Below, piece after piece: positions 27,468-35,780 of a stretch of DNA of 64,000 bases. The notes beneath the pieces are model-generated. The model did no database searches, was not told the DNA's origin, and saw only the letters and a list, made by a program, of their open reading frames with translations. The first letter of the stretch is position 1; each line of letters starts with the position of its first letter. The stretch covers positions 483 through 64,482 of the forward strand of contig DASZSS010000245.1 in NCBI GenBank assembly GCA_035548535.1, read 5' to 3'. This stretch comes from Steroidobacteraceae bacterium. GTDB taxonomy: Bacteria > Pseudomonadota > Gammaproteobacteria > Steroidobacterales > Steroidobacteraceae. Made by a program: the position numbers and the translations under genes.

Positions 27468-28666
27468 CGCGAGACGCTCCATTGGGTCGGGACCCAGCGA
27501 ATGCCGAGCGCGGAGCGCCAGGCGACTGCGCGTGTATCGAACGATCCGAGCCGCGCCTGGCTGTATCCGAAGGTGAGCGAGAGCGCCGTCCGCTCGGACA
27601 CGTGCCATTCGACGCCGGTGTCGCCCGTCAGGTACTTGCGGTCGTCGGGACGCCGGTCCGCGCCGAAATTGTCGTTGTCGACCCGTTGCAGGACGAGGGT
27701 CGCACTCAGCCGCGGCGACAGATGCCGGGTTGCCGAGACATTCGCGTTGTCACGGCGCACGAGCACGCCCGTGCCGCTCGGCTGCACGCTGCGGTCGTAC
27801 GAGAACGACCACTGCGTCAGATCGCCGAAACGCGTGAGCCGCACCGACCACACCGAGCCGTGGTCCGTGCGCGCGGGACTCGTCACGATGAAGAATCCGA
27901 AGAAGTCGAACCCCTGCTCGTCCGTGTGCGTCCGACTCATTCCCGCCGATGCCGAGAGCCGCAGCCGCTCGGAGAGCGAGCGATCGATGCCGAGGCGCAC
28001 GCCGGTCTCGCGCGCTTTGTAAGCGGACTCCGGCGCGTACAGGATGTCGCCGAATGCCGTGAAACTCAGACTCATCCGCGACGTCGGCGAGTACGTGTAG
28101 GTGCCGCTGACACTCGGATAGCGGTAGCCCACGAGCCCGAAACGCTCTCCGTGCGGATACTCGATGTTCGCGTACGAGGCCTGCACGCTGAGCTGTTGAC
28201 GCTCGGAAAGATTGAACGCGCCGCCGAGGCTGCCGTTCAGGGTCTTGCGATGGGTGCTCGTGTCGACGATTCCCGTTTCCGCGAGCTCGGTCGTCAGTGT
28301 GCTGTCGCGCGCATAGCCCGCCAGCGCGCTGTAGCCGAAGCGTTCGCCCACATGGCTTGCGGTGAGTTGCAGCGACGTGTTCACGGTGTTCAGCGCCGTA
28401 TCTTGGGTATAGCGCTGCATCTCGACGCGCGGGCGGAAGGTGATGTCGTCCGTCTCGGTGGTGCGCGCGAAGGCGGAATCGAGTGTGAGCAGCAGACCAG
28501 CGCTCGAATCGTCGTTGTCCGCTTGCAGACGGCGGTTGCTGTTGAAATCCGTGCGCGCCTGCAATCTGGGTTGCAGGGACCATTGCGCCGCCGATGCCGC
28601 GGAACCCGCCGCGCACACGACGGCCGTGGCCAGCCCCAGGCCGGTATGACGCGCAGCGCGTGACAT
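27464..28666 (-). CDS. PEP-CTERM-locus outer-membrane beta-barrel protein
   Basis: ~400 aa with a signal peptide (..CAAGSAASAAQW). Alternating beta-strand patterns rich in Y/S/T/R run throughout. Its start overlaps the stop of the upstream export gene (TGATG). Confidence 0.55.
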   Translation of the reverse strand: MSRAARHTGLGLATAVVCAAGSAASAAQWSLQPRLQARTDFNSNRRLQADNDDSSAGLLLTLDSAFARTTETDDITFRPRVEMQRYTQDTALNTVNTSLQLTASHVGERFGYSALAGYARDSTLTTELAETGIVDTSTHRKTLNGSLGGAFNLSERQQLSVQASYANIEYPHGERFGLVGYRYPSVSGTYTYSPTSRMSLSFTAFGDILYAPESAYKARETGVRLGIDRSLSERLRLSASAGMSRTHTDEQGFDFFGFFIVTSPARTDHGSVWSVRLTRFGDLTQWSFSYDRSVQPSGTGVLVRRDNANVSATRHLSPRLSATLVLQRVDNDNFGADRRPDDRKYLTGDTGVEWHVSERTALSLTFGYSQARLGSFDTRAVAWRSALGIRWVPTQWSVSR

Positions 28667-29256
28667 CACGGCACGACGACGGTGTCGCCGCTGCGCAGGA
28701 GCACGTTCTGGGCGAGATCCTTGCCGCGAGCGACATCCGCGTAATGAAAGCGCATCGTCTGCTGCACGCCGTTCTCACGCCGGAGAATGACGATGTCGTT
28801 GACGGCTGCATACGCTGTCGTGCCGCCGGCAAGACTCAGCGCCTGCATGACATCGACCGGCTGACTGAGCGGAAACTCTCCCGGCCGATTGACCTTGCCG
28901 AGCACGTAAATGCGATTGCCGCCGATCTGTTTGACCGCGACGGTCACCACCGGATCCGGCACGTAGGGCCGCAGCCGCTCGGTGATCTCGTCGCGGAGCT
29001 GCTGCACGGACTTGCCGCGCGCCACGAAGTCGCCGACGAGCGGAAACGAAAGGCCGCCGTCCGGCAGAACCAACACCTCGGTCTGCAAGTCTTGCTCTTT
29101 CCAGACCGAAACGACGAGCAGATCGCCCGGCTGGATCAAGTAGCGATCAGCAGAAGGAGCACTCGGTGCGGGCGACTCCGCACGATCCGCCCACGCATCC
29201 GAGGCGACGGCAAGCGTCGCGACGAGGAGCAGGCCGACAGCGGCTGGTGTTTTCAT
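28666..29256 (-). CDS. Wza-like polysaccharide export protein (EpsE-type)
   Basis: 196 aa with a signal peptide. The Poly_export motif is YLIQPGDLLVVSVWKEQDL...VLPDGGLSFPLVGDFVARGKSVQQLRDEI, followed by an SLBB-like C-terminus. Confidence 0.8.
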   Translation of the reverse strand: MKTPAAVGLLLVATLAVASDAWADRAESPAPSAPSADRYLIQPGDLLVVSVWKEQDLQTEVLVLPDGGLSFPLVGDFVARGKSVQQLRDEITERLRPYVPDPVVTVAVKQIGGNRIYVLGKVNRPGEFPLSQPVDVMQALSLAGGTTAYAAVNDIVILRRENGVQQTMRFHYADVARGKDLAQNVLLRSGDTVVVP

Positions 29257-29289
29257 CGTGCGATACCGATGACGATGCGACTACGATCG

Positions 29290-29778
29290 TCATGCTAGCG
29301 ACGCTACGTGACGCTTTCTTTGCGTCGCCACGAATCCAACGAAGCCCGAGAGCAGCAGCCATGCGGCCGCAGGCAAGGGCACCGGCGCGAAGTCGACTTT
29401 CAGCGAGTACAGGCCCATGTCGAAGGCACCCTGCGCGGTGCCCGACACGAGCGCATAGTAGCTGCCGCCGTGATTCACCTTGAACGTGCTTTCCGCCACG
29501 AGATCGTTGGCACTGACCGCGAGCCGATCTATGACGGACGTCGCGGTGGTCGCGGCAAAACTCAGGCTCGCCAGCCGATCCGGCCACGCCAGATCCTGTA
29601 GCTGCACGCTGAATGTGCCGGCTGACGGCGCGTTCAGCGAAAACACGAACGACTGCGAGCCGCTGATCAGGCCCGTCTGCGCGAGCACCGTTTCCGCGTG
29701 CGCCGCCTGCATTCCCACGGCGGCCGCTCCGGCGAGCAACAGCGCCATCCCCACTCTCATTCCGCTATTTCGTCGCAT
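29290..29778 (-). CDS. PEP-CTERM sorting-domain protein
   Basis: 162 aa from the ATG at 29778 (alternative start 29760; the ORF-track extension to 30132 overlaps the next gene). It has a signal peptide ..AVGMQAAHA. The C-terminus is FAPVPLPAAAWLLLSGFVGFVATQRKR. Confidence 0.8.
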   Translation of the reverse strand: MRRNSGMRVGMALLLAGAAAVGMQAAHAETVLAQTGLISGSQSFVFSLNAPSAGTFSVQLQDLAWPDRLASLSFAATTATSVIDRLAVSANDLVAESTFKVNHGGSYYALVSGTAQGAFDMGLYSLKVDFAPVPLPAAAWLLLSGFVGFVATQRKRHVASLA

Positions 29779-30289
29779 GTGAGTCACCGTTCCCATTGGT
29801 GTTTGCGCCGTTGGTGGCGCGGTTGTAGACGTATTTGTCGTAGAGGTACTTGCGCAGCGAGCGCGCGAGGTCCGCCGGCGTCTCGGCTGCCGGTCGCTCC
29901 CCGGGATCGAGTTCGGTGAGGCGCAGAGCGGCGTAGGTCTCCTGACCACTCGACAGCGCAAGCAGCGCGACATCGTCGCGATCCACCTGACGTGCCGCCT
30001 CGACGCCGTCGTTGATGATCGCGTGCAGGCGCGGCGCATCCAGATCGAAGAAGCGCAACACCTCGCTGCCCGACTCGACGAACAGCGGCACGAGATTGCG
30101 CCCGCGCATATCCGGATCGTGCAACGGCGCAAGCCGCGCCAGCATGCTCTTCACCGCAAACCGGATGACGTCCGAGTCCCGGACCCCGAGCCGCTGCGCA
30201 AGTCGCTTCACCTTGCGCACATCGGCCACGCTCATACGGATCGACACCGCTTGTTTTCGACTCTCGATCACAGCGCCCCCGCCCTTCAT
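29765..30289 (-). CDS. ribbon-helix-helix (CopG-like) domain protein, putative regulator
   Basis: 174 aa from the ATG at 30289. The N-terminal RHH-like segment is VSIRMSVADVRKVKRLAQRLGVRDSDVIRFAVKSMLARL, and the ~120-aa C-domain is unknown. It is the first gene after the terminator at 30409-30436. Confidence 0.6.
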   Translation of the reverse strand: MKGGGAVIESRKQAVSIRMSVADVRKVKRLAQRLGVRDSDVIRFAVKSMLARLAPLHDPDMRGRNLVPLFVESGSEVLRFFDLDAPRLHAIINDGVEAARQVDRDDVALLALSSGQETYAALRLTELDPGERPAAETPADLARSLRKYLYDKYVYNRATNGANTNGNGDSHATK

Positions 30290-30408
30290 CTCGAGCGCAG
30301 CGCAAGTGTGCGCAGTCAGTATGTCAAAGGCTTTTCCACTATGTGACGTGTGAACCGCGAACGTCGGTGCGGCGAGCGACACCGACCCGGCGCGCGCAAC
30401 CAGCAAGC

Positions 30409-30436
30409 AAAAAAAAGCCCCGCCGAGAGGCGGGGC
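30409..30436 (-). terminator. rho-independent terminator
   Basis: On the minus strand it reads GCCCCGCC-TCTC-GGCGGGGC followed by T8. It begins 30 nt after the stop of the coiled-coil gene. Confidence 0.85.
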
Positions 30437-30466
30437 AGTGTCACCGCGGAAGCAACCTAGACAGGC

Positions 30467-31126
30467 TCAAGGTCCGGATGCGGCGGCGGCGGCCGGTGTG
30501 GCCGCAGGGGGCTGTTGATCCGCGGCGCGCGCGCGATACTCGTCGATCAGATTTTCATTCCGATTGCGCGCGATGCGCGTGAAGGGCTCGGCGCGGCCGA
30601 TGCGCGACCAGGCGCCCTCATGCTCGAAGCGGCTCAGCACTTCGTCGTTCAGCTGGTAGAGCGCCATGTTCCGCGCGACGCACGTCGCCAGCTCGCGCTC
30701 GCGCGTCGCGAGCGTTTGCGTCGCGCTGTCGCGCCCCGCTTCGACCTCTTTCAGGGTCTGCACAGTTTCGCGGAACTTGGCGATCAGCTCCTGCATCCGT
30801 TCTTTCGTCTTCGCGAGCTCCGCGGCCGTGCTCTCGCGTTGCCGGTCGCTCGTCAGGGCGTTGGCTTCCGAGGCCTTGATCCTGCGATCGAGGGCCTCGC
30901 GGCTGGATTGCAAGAGGTCCCGCTGCTTCTGCGCCTCGGCGAGCTCGCGCTTCAAGCGCTCGTTTTCAGCCTGCAGCGCCGTGCGCTCGGCGGCGAGCTG
31001 CTGGAGCTGTTGGACGATTTGCGCGTTGGCGCCGGCGGAGCCGCCGCTGCGGGCGGTTTGCGCCGAGACAGCGTGTGCGGCCAGGCAAAGCGACAGCATT
31101 ACCGCCAGTTGCACGGATCGATTCAT
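30467..31126 (-). CDS. secreted coiled-coil protein
   Basis: 219 aa. A strong SD (GAGGAG) precedes the ATG at 31126. The signal peptide is MNRSVQLAVMLSLCLAAHAVSA, followed by long heptad-like Q/E/L/A/R-rich helices. Confidence 0.7.
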   Translation of the reverse strand: MNRSVQLAVMLSLCLAAHAVSAQTARSGGSAGANAQIVQQLQQLAAERTALQAENERLKRELAEAQKQRDLLQSSREALDRRIKASEANALTSDRQRESTAAELAKTKERMQELIAKFRETVQTLKEVEAGRDSATQTLATRERELATCVARNMALYQLNDEVLSRFEHEGAWSRIGRAEPFTRIARNRNENLIDEYRARAADQQPPAATPAAAAASGP

Positions 31127-31137
31127 GAGCGTGCTCC

Positions 31138-32793
31138 TCAGAACTGCGCCGTCAAATCGAGCTGGAGAACGTCGACGCCGAACGGCAGGCCATCGATCTC
31201 GTTGGCGCTCAGATAGCGCAGACGCGTGATCACCCGCGGCGTGAGCGCGTAATCCGCGCCGATGAAATAGCCCTGCGCGTTGGTGCCGCCGAGATGAAAG
31301 TCGGAGTCCGTGAACGCATCGAGCACCGCGTCGCTCTCGAGGTACTTGTAGCCGAAGAACGCCCGCCACCCGCCGTGCATGCCGAGCGCGCTCGTGCCGA
31401 AGCTGATCTCAGCCTGGTAGCCCGTGTCGCGTTTGGGCACGGGGCCGCCGACGCGCGCGGCAACTTGCGCCTCGTCGAACCCGATGTTGCGGACCGCATC
31501 GCCCGTGATGGACAGGCGGTAGCTCGGCGACAGTTTCCAGTCGTACGCAATCGTGACGTCGGCGAGCCGATAGGCCGCGGCAAGCGCCAGCAAATTGCTG
31601 GTGTTCGGGTCCACGTCGGAGTCGACGCGGATGTCGAACAGCGTATTGCCCTTCTGCACGAACGGCGGCGCCGTGTAGTCCAGCAGATTGCTATCGAGCG
31701 TATTGCGCCGGCCGGTGATGTTTTCGTAGTCGTAGTAGGCAAGCCCGAGGCGCAGACCGCTGCCGCCGGAAAACTTCCAGTGCACGCCGAGCTGCGCCCC
31801 GTACAGCCACTTGTCGTTCTTCGACAGCTCGATTTCCTGCAGCGGAAAGGCCCCCGCGGTGAGGAACACGTAGTGCGAATCGGGATCGTCGCGCGCAAGG
31901 CCGAGCCGATAGCTCGCGGCCACACCGTCGAAAGTCAAATCCGGATCCCACACGAGGTCGGTCGAGAGCCACGGATTCGCAATGCGGCCGGCCGATACAC
32001 TCAGCGCGTGCCGGCCGGTGCTACTCCTCCCCAGCCACCCCAGGTACGCGAGATCGAGTCCGGTCTGATAGCGCGCGCCGTAGGTGCCGAGCGTCTGATT
32101 GGTCGAGACTGGATCCGTGAGATTGCCGGTGGCCAAGCGCCCGCCGAGCGACCAGCCCCAGCCGAGCTCCGCGTTGAACCCGAGCCGCAGGCGCGCGCGC
32201 AGCCGCGCGCGATCCTCGGTCGTATTGAGAAACGCCCCGAGCGCGCCGGCTTTTTGGATCCCGCCTTTGCTGTTGATGGCGTTCACGTCCTGATACGTTT
32301 GTGGCAGGTTGTCCGACGCGAACAGGTCGCCCTGACCGCGGACGCGCACATCACCGCTCCACTTCATGCGCTGAACCCAGTCCGGCATCGCCCCGAGCAC
32401 GCCCAAGCGATCCGCCTTCGCTTCTTCGATCACGCCCTGCGTAATCTGCGGCGTGACTTCCGCCACCACCTGCTTGCGGATTTCCTCTTTGACGATCTCC
32501 GGGACGTACGGCACGCGCACGGCACCGGCGTCGGCCTTCTCTTGCGCCTCCGCCGCCGCGGCTGCGGCCGCAGCCTCGCTCGCCGCCTTGGCTTGCGCGC
32601 TCGCGACCATCGCCTGCGCCTGCTCGCGTGTCACCACGCCTCTCTCAACGAGCGTCTCCAGCAGATTGATCACCGTGTTGCGCAGCTCGCTGAGACTCCG
32701 CTCTTCGGCGGATTGCGCGGCGGAGGCGGCCTGGATCGCGGCCAACGGTGAGAGCACGGCGAGCGCGAGGATTCGTTTCGACTGACGCGGCAT
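31138..32793 (-). CDS. porin-like outer-membrane beta-barrel with N-terminal helical extension
   Basis: 551 aa from the ATG at 32793. The signal peptide is ..AAIQAASA, followed by a ~125-aa Ala/Glu-rich helical segment and then alternating beta-strands. The C-terminus ends LDLTAQF (terminal Phe). Confidence 0.7.
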   Translation of the reverse strand: MPRQSKRILALAVLSPLAAIQAASAAQSAEERSLSELRNTVINLLETLVERGVVTREQAQAMVASAQAKAASEAAAAAAAAEAQEKADAGAVRVPYVPEIVKEEIRKQVVAEVTPQITQGVIEEAKADRLGVLGAMPDWVQRMKWSGDVRVRGQGDLFASDNLPQTYQDVNAINSKGGIQKAGALGAFLNTTEDRARLRARLRLGFNAELGWGWSLGGRLATGNLTDPVSTNQTLGTYGARYQTGLDLAYLGWLGRSSTGRHALSVSAGRIANPWLSTDLVWDPDLTFDGVAASYRLGLARDDPDSHYVFLTAGAFPLQEIELSKNDKWLYGAQLGVHWKFSGGSGLRLGLAYYDYENITGRRNTLDSNLLDYTAPPFVQKGNTLFDIRVDSDVDPNTSNLLALAAAYRLADVTIAYDWKLSPSYRLSITGDAVRNIGFDEAQVAARVGGPVPKRDTGYQAEISFGTSALGMHGGWRAFFGYKYLESDAVLDAFTDSDFHLGGTNAQGYFIGADYALTPRVITRLRYLSANEIDGLPFGVDVLQLDLTAQF

Positions 32794-32837
32794 GACAGAA
32801 GGTCCGATCGATTCTCGTAAGTTGTTGTGCGGGCAAA

Positions 32838-33485
32838 TCAAGTGCGGGATGCGATGCGGACGCTCACCGGCTGAGGCATGTCCGCCGGCGGCGGCTGCGC
32901 GGTCCGGCAGCGGCGTTCGAACGCGGTTTCGAGCGCGCGGTCGCGATCGCGATCGCCCGTGGACTGCGCGAGGTGCGCGCGTTCGATCGATCCGTCCGCG
33001 CGCAGCCAGAGCTGCACGAGCACCGAATAGCTGCCGCCCTTGCGCACGGCTGCGTCGTCGTCGAGACAATCGGCGATCGCGCCCTTGAGCACGCCCGCAT
33101 ACCACGCGTACGCGCTGCCGCCGGAGGCAAGCAGATCACGCCCGCCCTTGCGCCCGACGAGCCCGAAGCCATCGCTGCCCGCGCCGCCTTCGGCATCGAG
33201 GCCGAGTTGCTCGGCCGGCGGCGGCTCGTCAGACGGCGCCGGATCGGGCTGCGGCTCGGGCTCGTGAACGTCTACATGTTCTTCCGGCGGCGGTGGCGGC
33301 GGCGGAGGTGTCTCCGGCGGCGGCGGCGGCCGGATCACGTGTATTTCCTGCACGACCTTCTTCTGCGGCACCGCCGCCGTCAGGATCATGTGGCGAACGA
33401 ACAGTACCGCACCCACGCCGAACAGCACGATGATCAGCGCCGCGCTGAGCGCGAACTTCACGGTCGCCGCGCGTTTCGCATCCAC
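32838..33485 (-). CDS. TonB-family energy transducer-like protein
   Basis: 215 aa with a GTG start. It has an N-terminal TM (FALSAALIIVLFGVGAVLF), a Pro-rich spacer (PPPPPETPPPPPPPPEE...PEPQPDPAP) and a TonB-C-like C-domain. Confidence 0.65.
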   Translation of the reverse strand: MDAKRAATVKFALSAALIIVLFGVGAVLFVRHMILTAAVPQKKVVQEIHVIRPPPPPETPPPPPPPPEEHVDVHEPEPQPDPAPSDEPPPAEQLGLDAEGGAGSDGFGLVGRKGGRDLLASGGSAYAWYAGVLKGAIADCLDDDAAVRKGGSYSVLVQLWLRADGSIERAHLAQSTGDRDRDRALETAFERRCRTAQPPPADMPQPVSVRIASRT

Positions 33486-33496
33486 GACGCCGCGCC

Positions 33497-33907
33497 CTAC
33501 TTGACGAGCTTCTGCGTCACGAGCCCGAGCTGCGTGATCTCGAGCCGGCCGACGAGATCGAGCACGTCCACGACGCGCTGGTACGGAATGGACGCGTCGG
33601 CTTTGATGATGACCGGCAGCTCGGGATTCGCCGCCTTGTACTGCCGCAGCAGGTTCTCCAGCTCCGGCAGGGTGACGGGAAACGTGTCGAGGTAGATCGT
33701 GCCGTCGGCCGTGATCGAGATGGCTTTGGTCTTGTTCTCCGCAAGGCTCGGCTGCGCGCTGGCCTTCGGCAGATTCACCTTGATTCCCTGGACCGTCGCC
33801 GTCGTCATGATGATGAAAATGACGAGCAGCACGTACGCGAGATCGAGCATCGGCGTGATGTTGATCTCGTCGTAGACGTCCTTATCGCCGCTCCCGGCCG
33901 CTGCCAT
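33497..33907 (-). CDS. exbD: ExbD/TolR-family biopolymer transport protein
   Basis: 136 aa with GAGGAG upstream. The family-typical block is INITPMLDLAYVLLVIFIIMT...VNLPKA. Confidence 0.85.
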   Translation of the reverse strand: MAAAGSGDKDVYDEINITPMLDLAYVLLVIFIIMTTATVQGIKVNLPKASAQPSLAENKTKAISITADGTIYLDTFPVTLPELENLLRQYKAANPELPVIIKADASIPYQRVVDVLDLVGRLEITQLGLVTQKLVK

Positions 33908-33917
33908 CGCACTCTCC

Positions 33918-35741
33918 TCAGGAATAGGTTTCGGCGATGCGCGTCACGAATTCGTCGACGAACACGCGCATGTCGGCGGTGATCTCGCGCACCCGCGTGT
34001 TCAGGTAGTTGTAGCCGAACAGGCAGGGAATCGCGACGCCGAGGCCGGCGACGGTCGCCACCAGCGCGGCGGCGGTGCCCGGCGCGATGGCGTTGATGTT
34101 CACTTCGCCCGAGGCCGCGATCGCCGCGAACGTGATCATTACGCCGACCACGGTGCCGAGCAGACCGAGGAACGGCCCGCCGGCGATCGAGATCGTCAGC
34201 CATACCATCCGCGCGCTGAGCTTCTGCGTCATGCGCACGAGCGACGCATCCAGGGTGGCGCGAATCGCTTCGATCGACTGGGCCGAGAGCGATCGCACGC
34301 GATCCGCGCCCGCGGCCTGTCCTTCCAGACGCCGCATGACTTCGAGGATGCCGTGATGATAGAGCGGATAGATCGTCGAGCCGCCGAACTCTTCGGATGC
34401 GCCGTCGCTCTCGAACACCGATCGGTCGGCGGCGGCGCCCGGCTGCTGGCCGAGACGCTTTTCGAGCGCGGCGGGATCTTCTTTCAGCTTGTGAAACTGC
34501 GCGAGAAACAGCGCGTTGCCGCGCGCGACGCGATTCAGGAAGAGCATCTTGGACAGCATGATCAGCAGCGACGCCACGAACATCACCGCGAGAATGCCGA
34601 TCACCACCCAGCCGTCGACCGTGACGTTGCGCAGTGTCGACGAGAAGTAGGACTCGCTCGCGCCGCTGTCCTTCTGCATATCGCCGCCGTACACGACGAG
34701 CGGCGCGACTATCCCTTGGCTGACGGCGGCCGCGCGAAGCCAGTCGGTGCTGCGTCCGACGTTCGACACCTGCAGTTCGTCCAGCTCGCCGCTGAAGTTG
34801 TGGCCGCCCTGCGCAGAGCCGCCGATCGTCAGCGTGCCACCGATCTCGGGCAGCGTCGCTTTCGCGTTGGCCGCCTCGACGCCGTCGATCAGCAGCGTCA
34901 GCGTCCCTGCGGCGGCACGCACGGCGAGGTGATGCCAGTCGCCCGTCGCGAACTCCGCGTCCACCGACACGGGGCCCGTGCCGCCGTCGATCTGCGCGAA
35001 CGCGCGCGTGCCGTCGAGACCGAGGATCAGCGACTTGCCGCCGTCTTCCAGCGCCGCAACGTATGCGCGCTGCTGGGGGCCGGCGGTGCGCACCCACGTG
35101 GAAAGCGTGAACCCGTTCGCCGGCACGAGACGCACGGCGCTCGAGGGCTTCACGGAGATCACTTGCGATCCGGAGAAGCGCACGCCCGCGTTGATCAACG
35201 ATGCGGGCGTCACTTCGGCTGAGAACGCCGCGGGCTCGGTCTTGTAGTCCGTCGCGTCCTGCGGGCTCGTGGCCGGCGGCCCGAAGTGATACACGAGCGC
35301 CATGTGCGTGTCGTAGATGCCGGACGGCGTGCCGGCCTTACCGCTCTTGTTGCCGTAGTAGAGAAAGATCTTGTCGGTGTTCACGCCGCCGGTCAGGCGC
35401 GGCACCTCCACCCAGATGAATGCAAGTTGCGCTTGAGGGTCGTACCGCTCGATCCGGTGCCGGAGAGGCGTCTTGTCATCGCCCGCGACGAAGCGCAGAT
35501 CGCCGCCGTCGGGCGCCGTGTCACCGAAGTAGCCGAAGTTCCCGAGACTCAGCCGGATGAGCACCGGCACATCCGCCGGGCTCCCCGGAATGTCGGCGCC
35601 GCTCTTGGAGAGATCGAGTGTGATGTCCTTGCGGAACGCCCAGTCATCGTTCCACCACGCGCGCGCGCCGGGCGCAGCTCCGAGTCCGACCAATACGAAA
35701 CACAACAGCGCGACGACCGCGCCTGGGCGAATGCACGTCAT
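33918..35741 (-). CDS. DUF2341 + LamG-like lectin domain fused to a MotA/TolQ/ExbB proton-channel domain
   Basis: 607 aa. The N-terminus is WWNDDWAFRKDITLD...GGDLRFV...FIWVEVPRL (DUF2341-like). The central LamG_3-like block is FTLSTWVR...GDWHHLAV...LLIDGV...FSGELDELQVSN. The C-terminal TMs carry the ExbB motif GGPFLGLLGTVVGVMITF. Confidence 0.8.
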   Translation of the reverse strand: MTCIRPGAVVALLCFVLVGLGAAPGARAWWNDDWAFRKDITLDLSKSGADIPGSPADVPVLIRLSLGNFGYFGDTAPDGGDLRFVAGDDKTPLRHRIERYDPQAQLAFIWVEVPRLTGGVNTDKIFLYYGNKSGKAGTPSGIYDTHMALVYHFGPPATSPQDATDYKTEPAAFSAEVTPASLINAGVRFSGSQVISVKPSSAVRLVPANGFTLSTWVRTAGPQQRAYVAALEDGGKSLILGLDGTRAFAQIDGGTGPVSVDAEFATGDWHHLAVRAAAGTLTLLIDGVEAANAKATLPEIGGTLTIGGSAQGGHNFSGELDELQVSNVGRSTDWLRAAAVSQGIVAPLVVYGGDMQKDSGASESYFSSTLRNVTVDGWVVIGILAVMFVASLLIMLSKMLFLNRVARGNALFLAQFHKLKEDPAALEKRLGQQPGAAADRSVFESDGASEEFGGSTIYPLYHHGILEVMRRLEGQAAGADRVRSLSAQSIEAIRATLDASLVRMTQKLSARMVWLTISIAGGPFLGLLGTVVGVMITFAAIAASGEVNINAIAPGTAAALVATVAGLGVAIPCLFGYNYLNTRVREITADMRVFVDEFVTRIAETYS

Positions 35742-35780
35742 GTAGTAGTGAACGACCGCGTCCCCTGTCGAGGGAACGCA

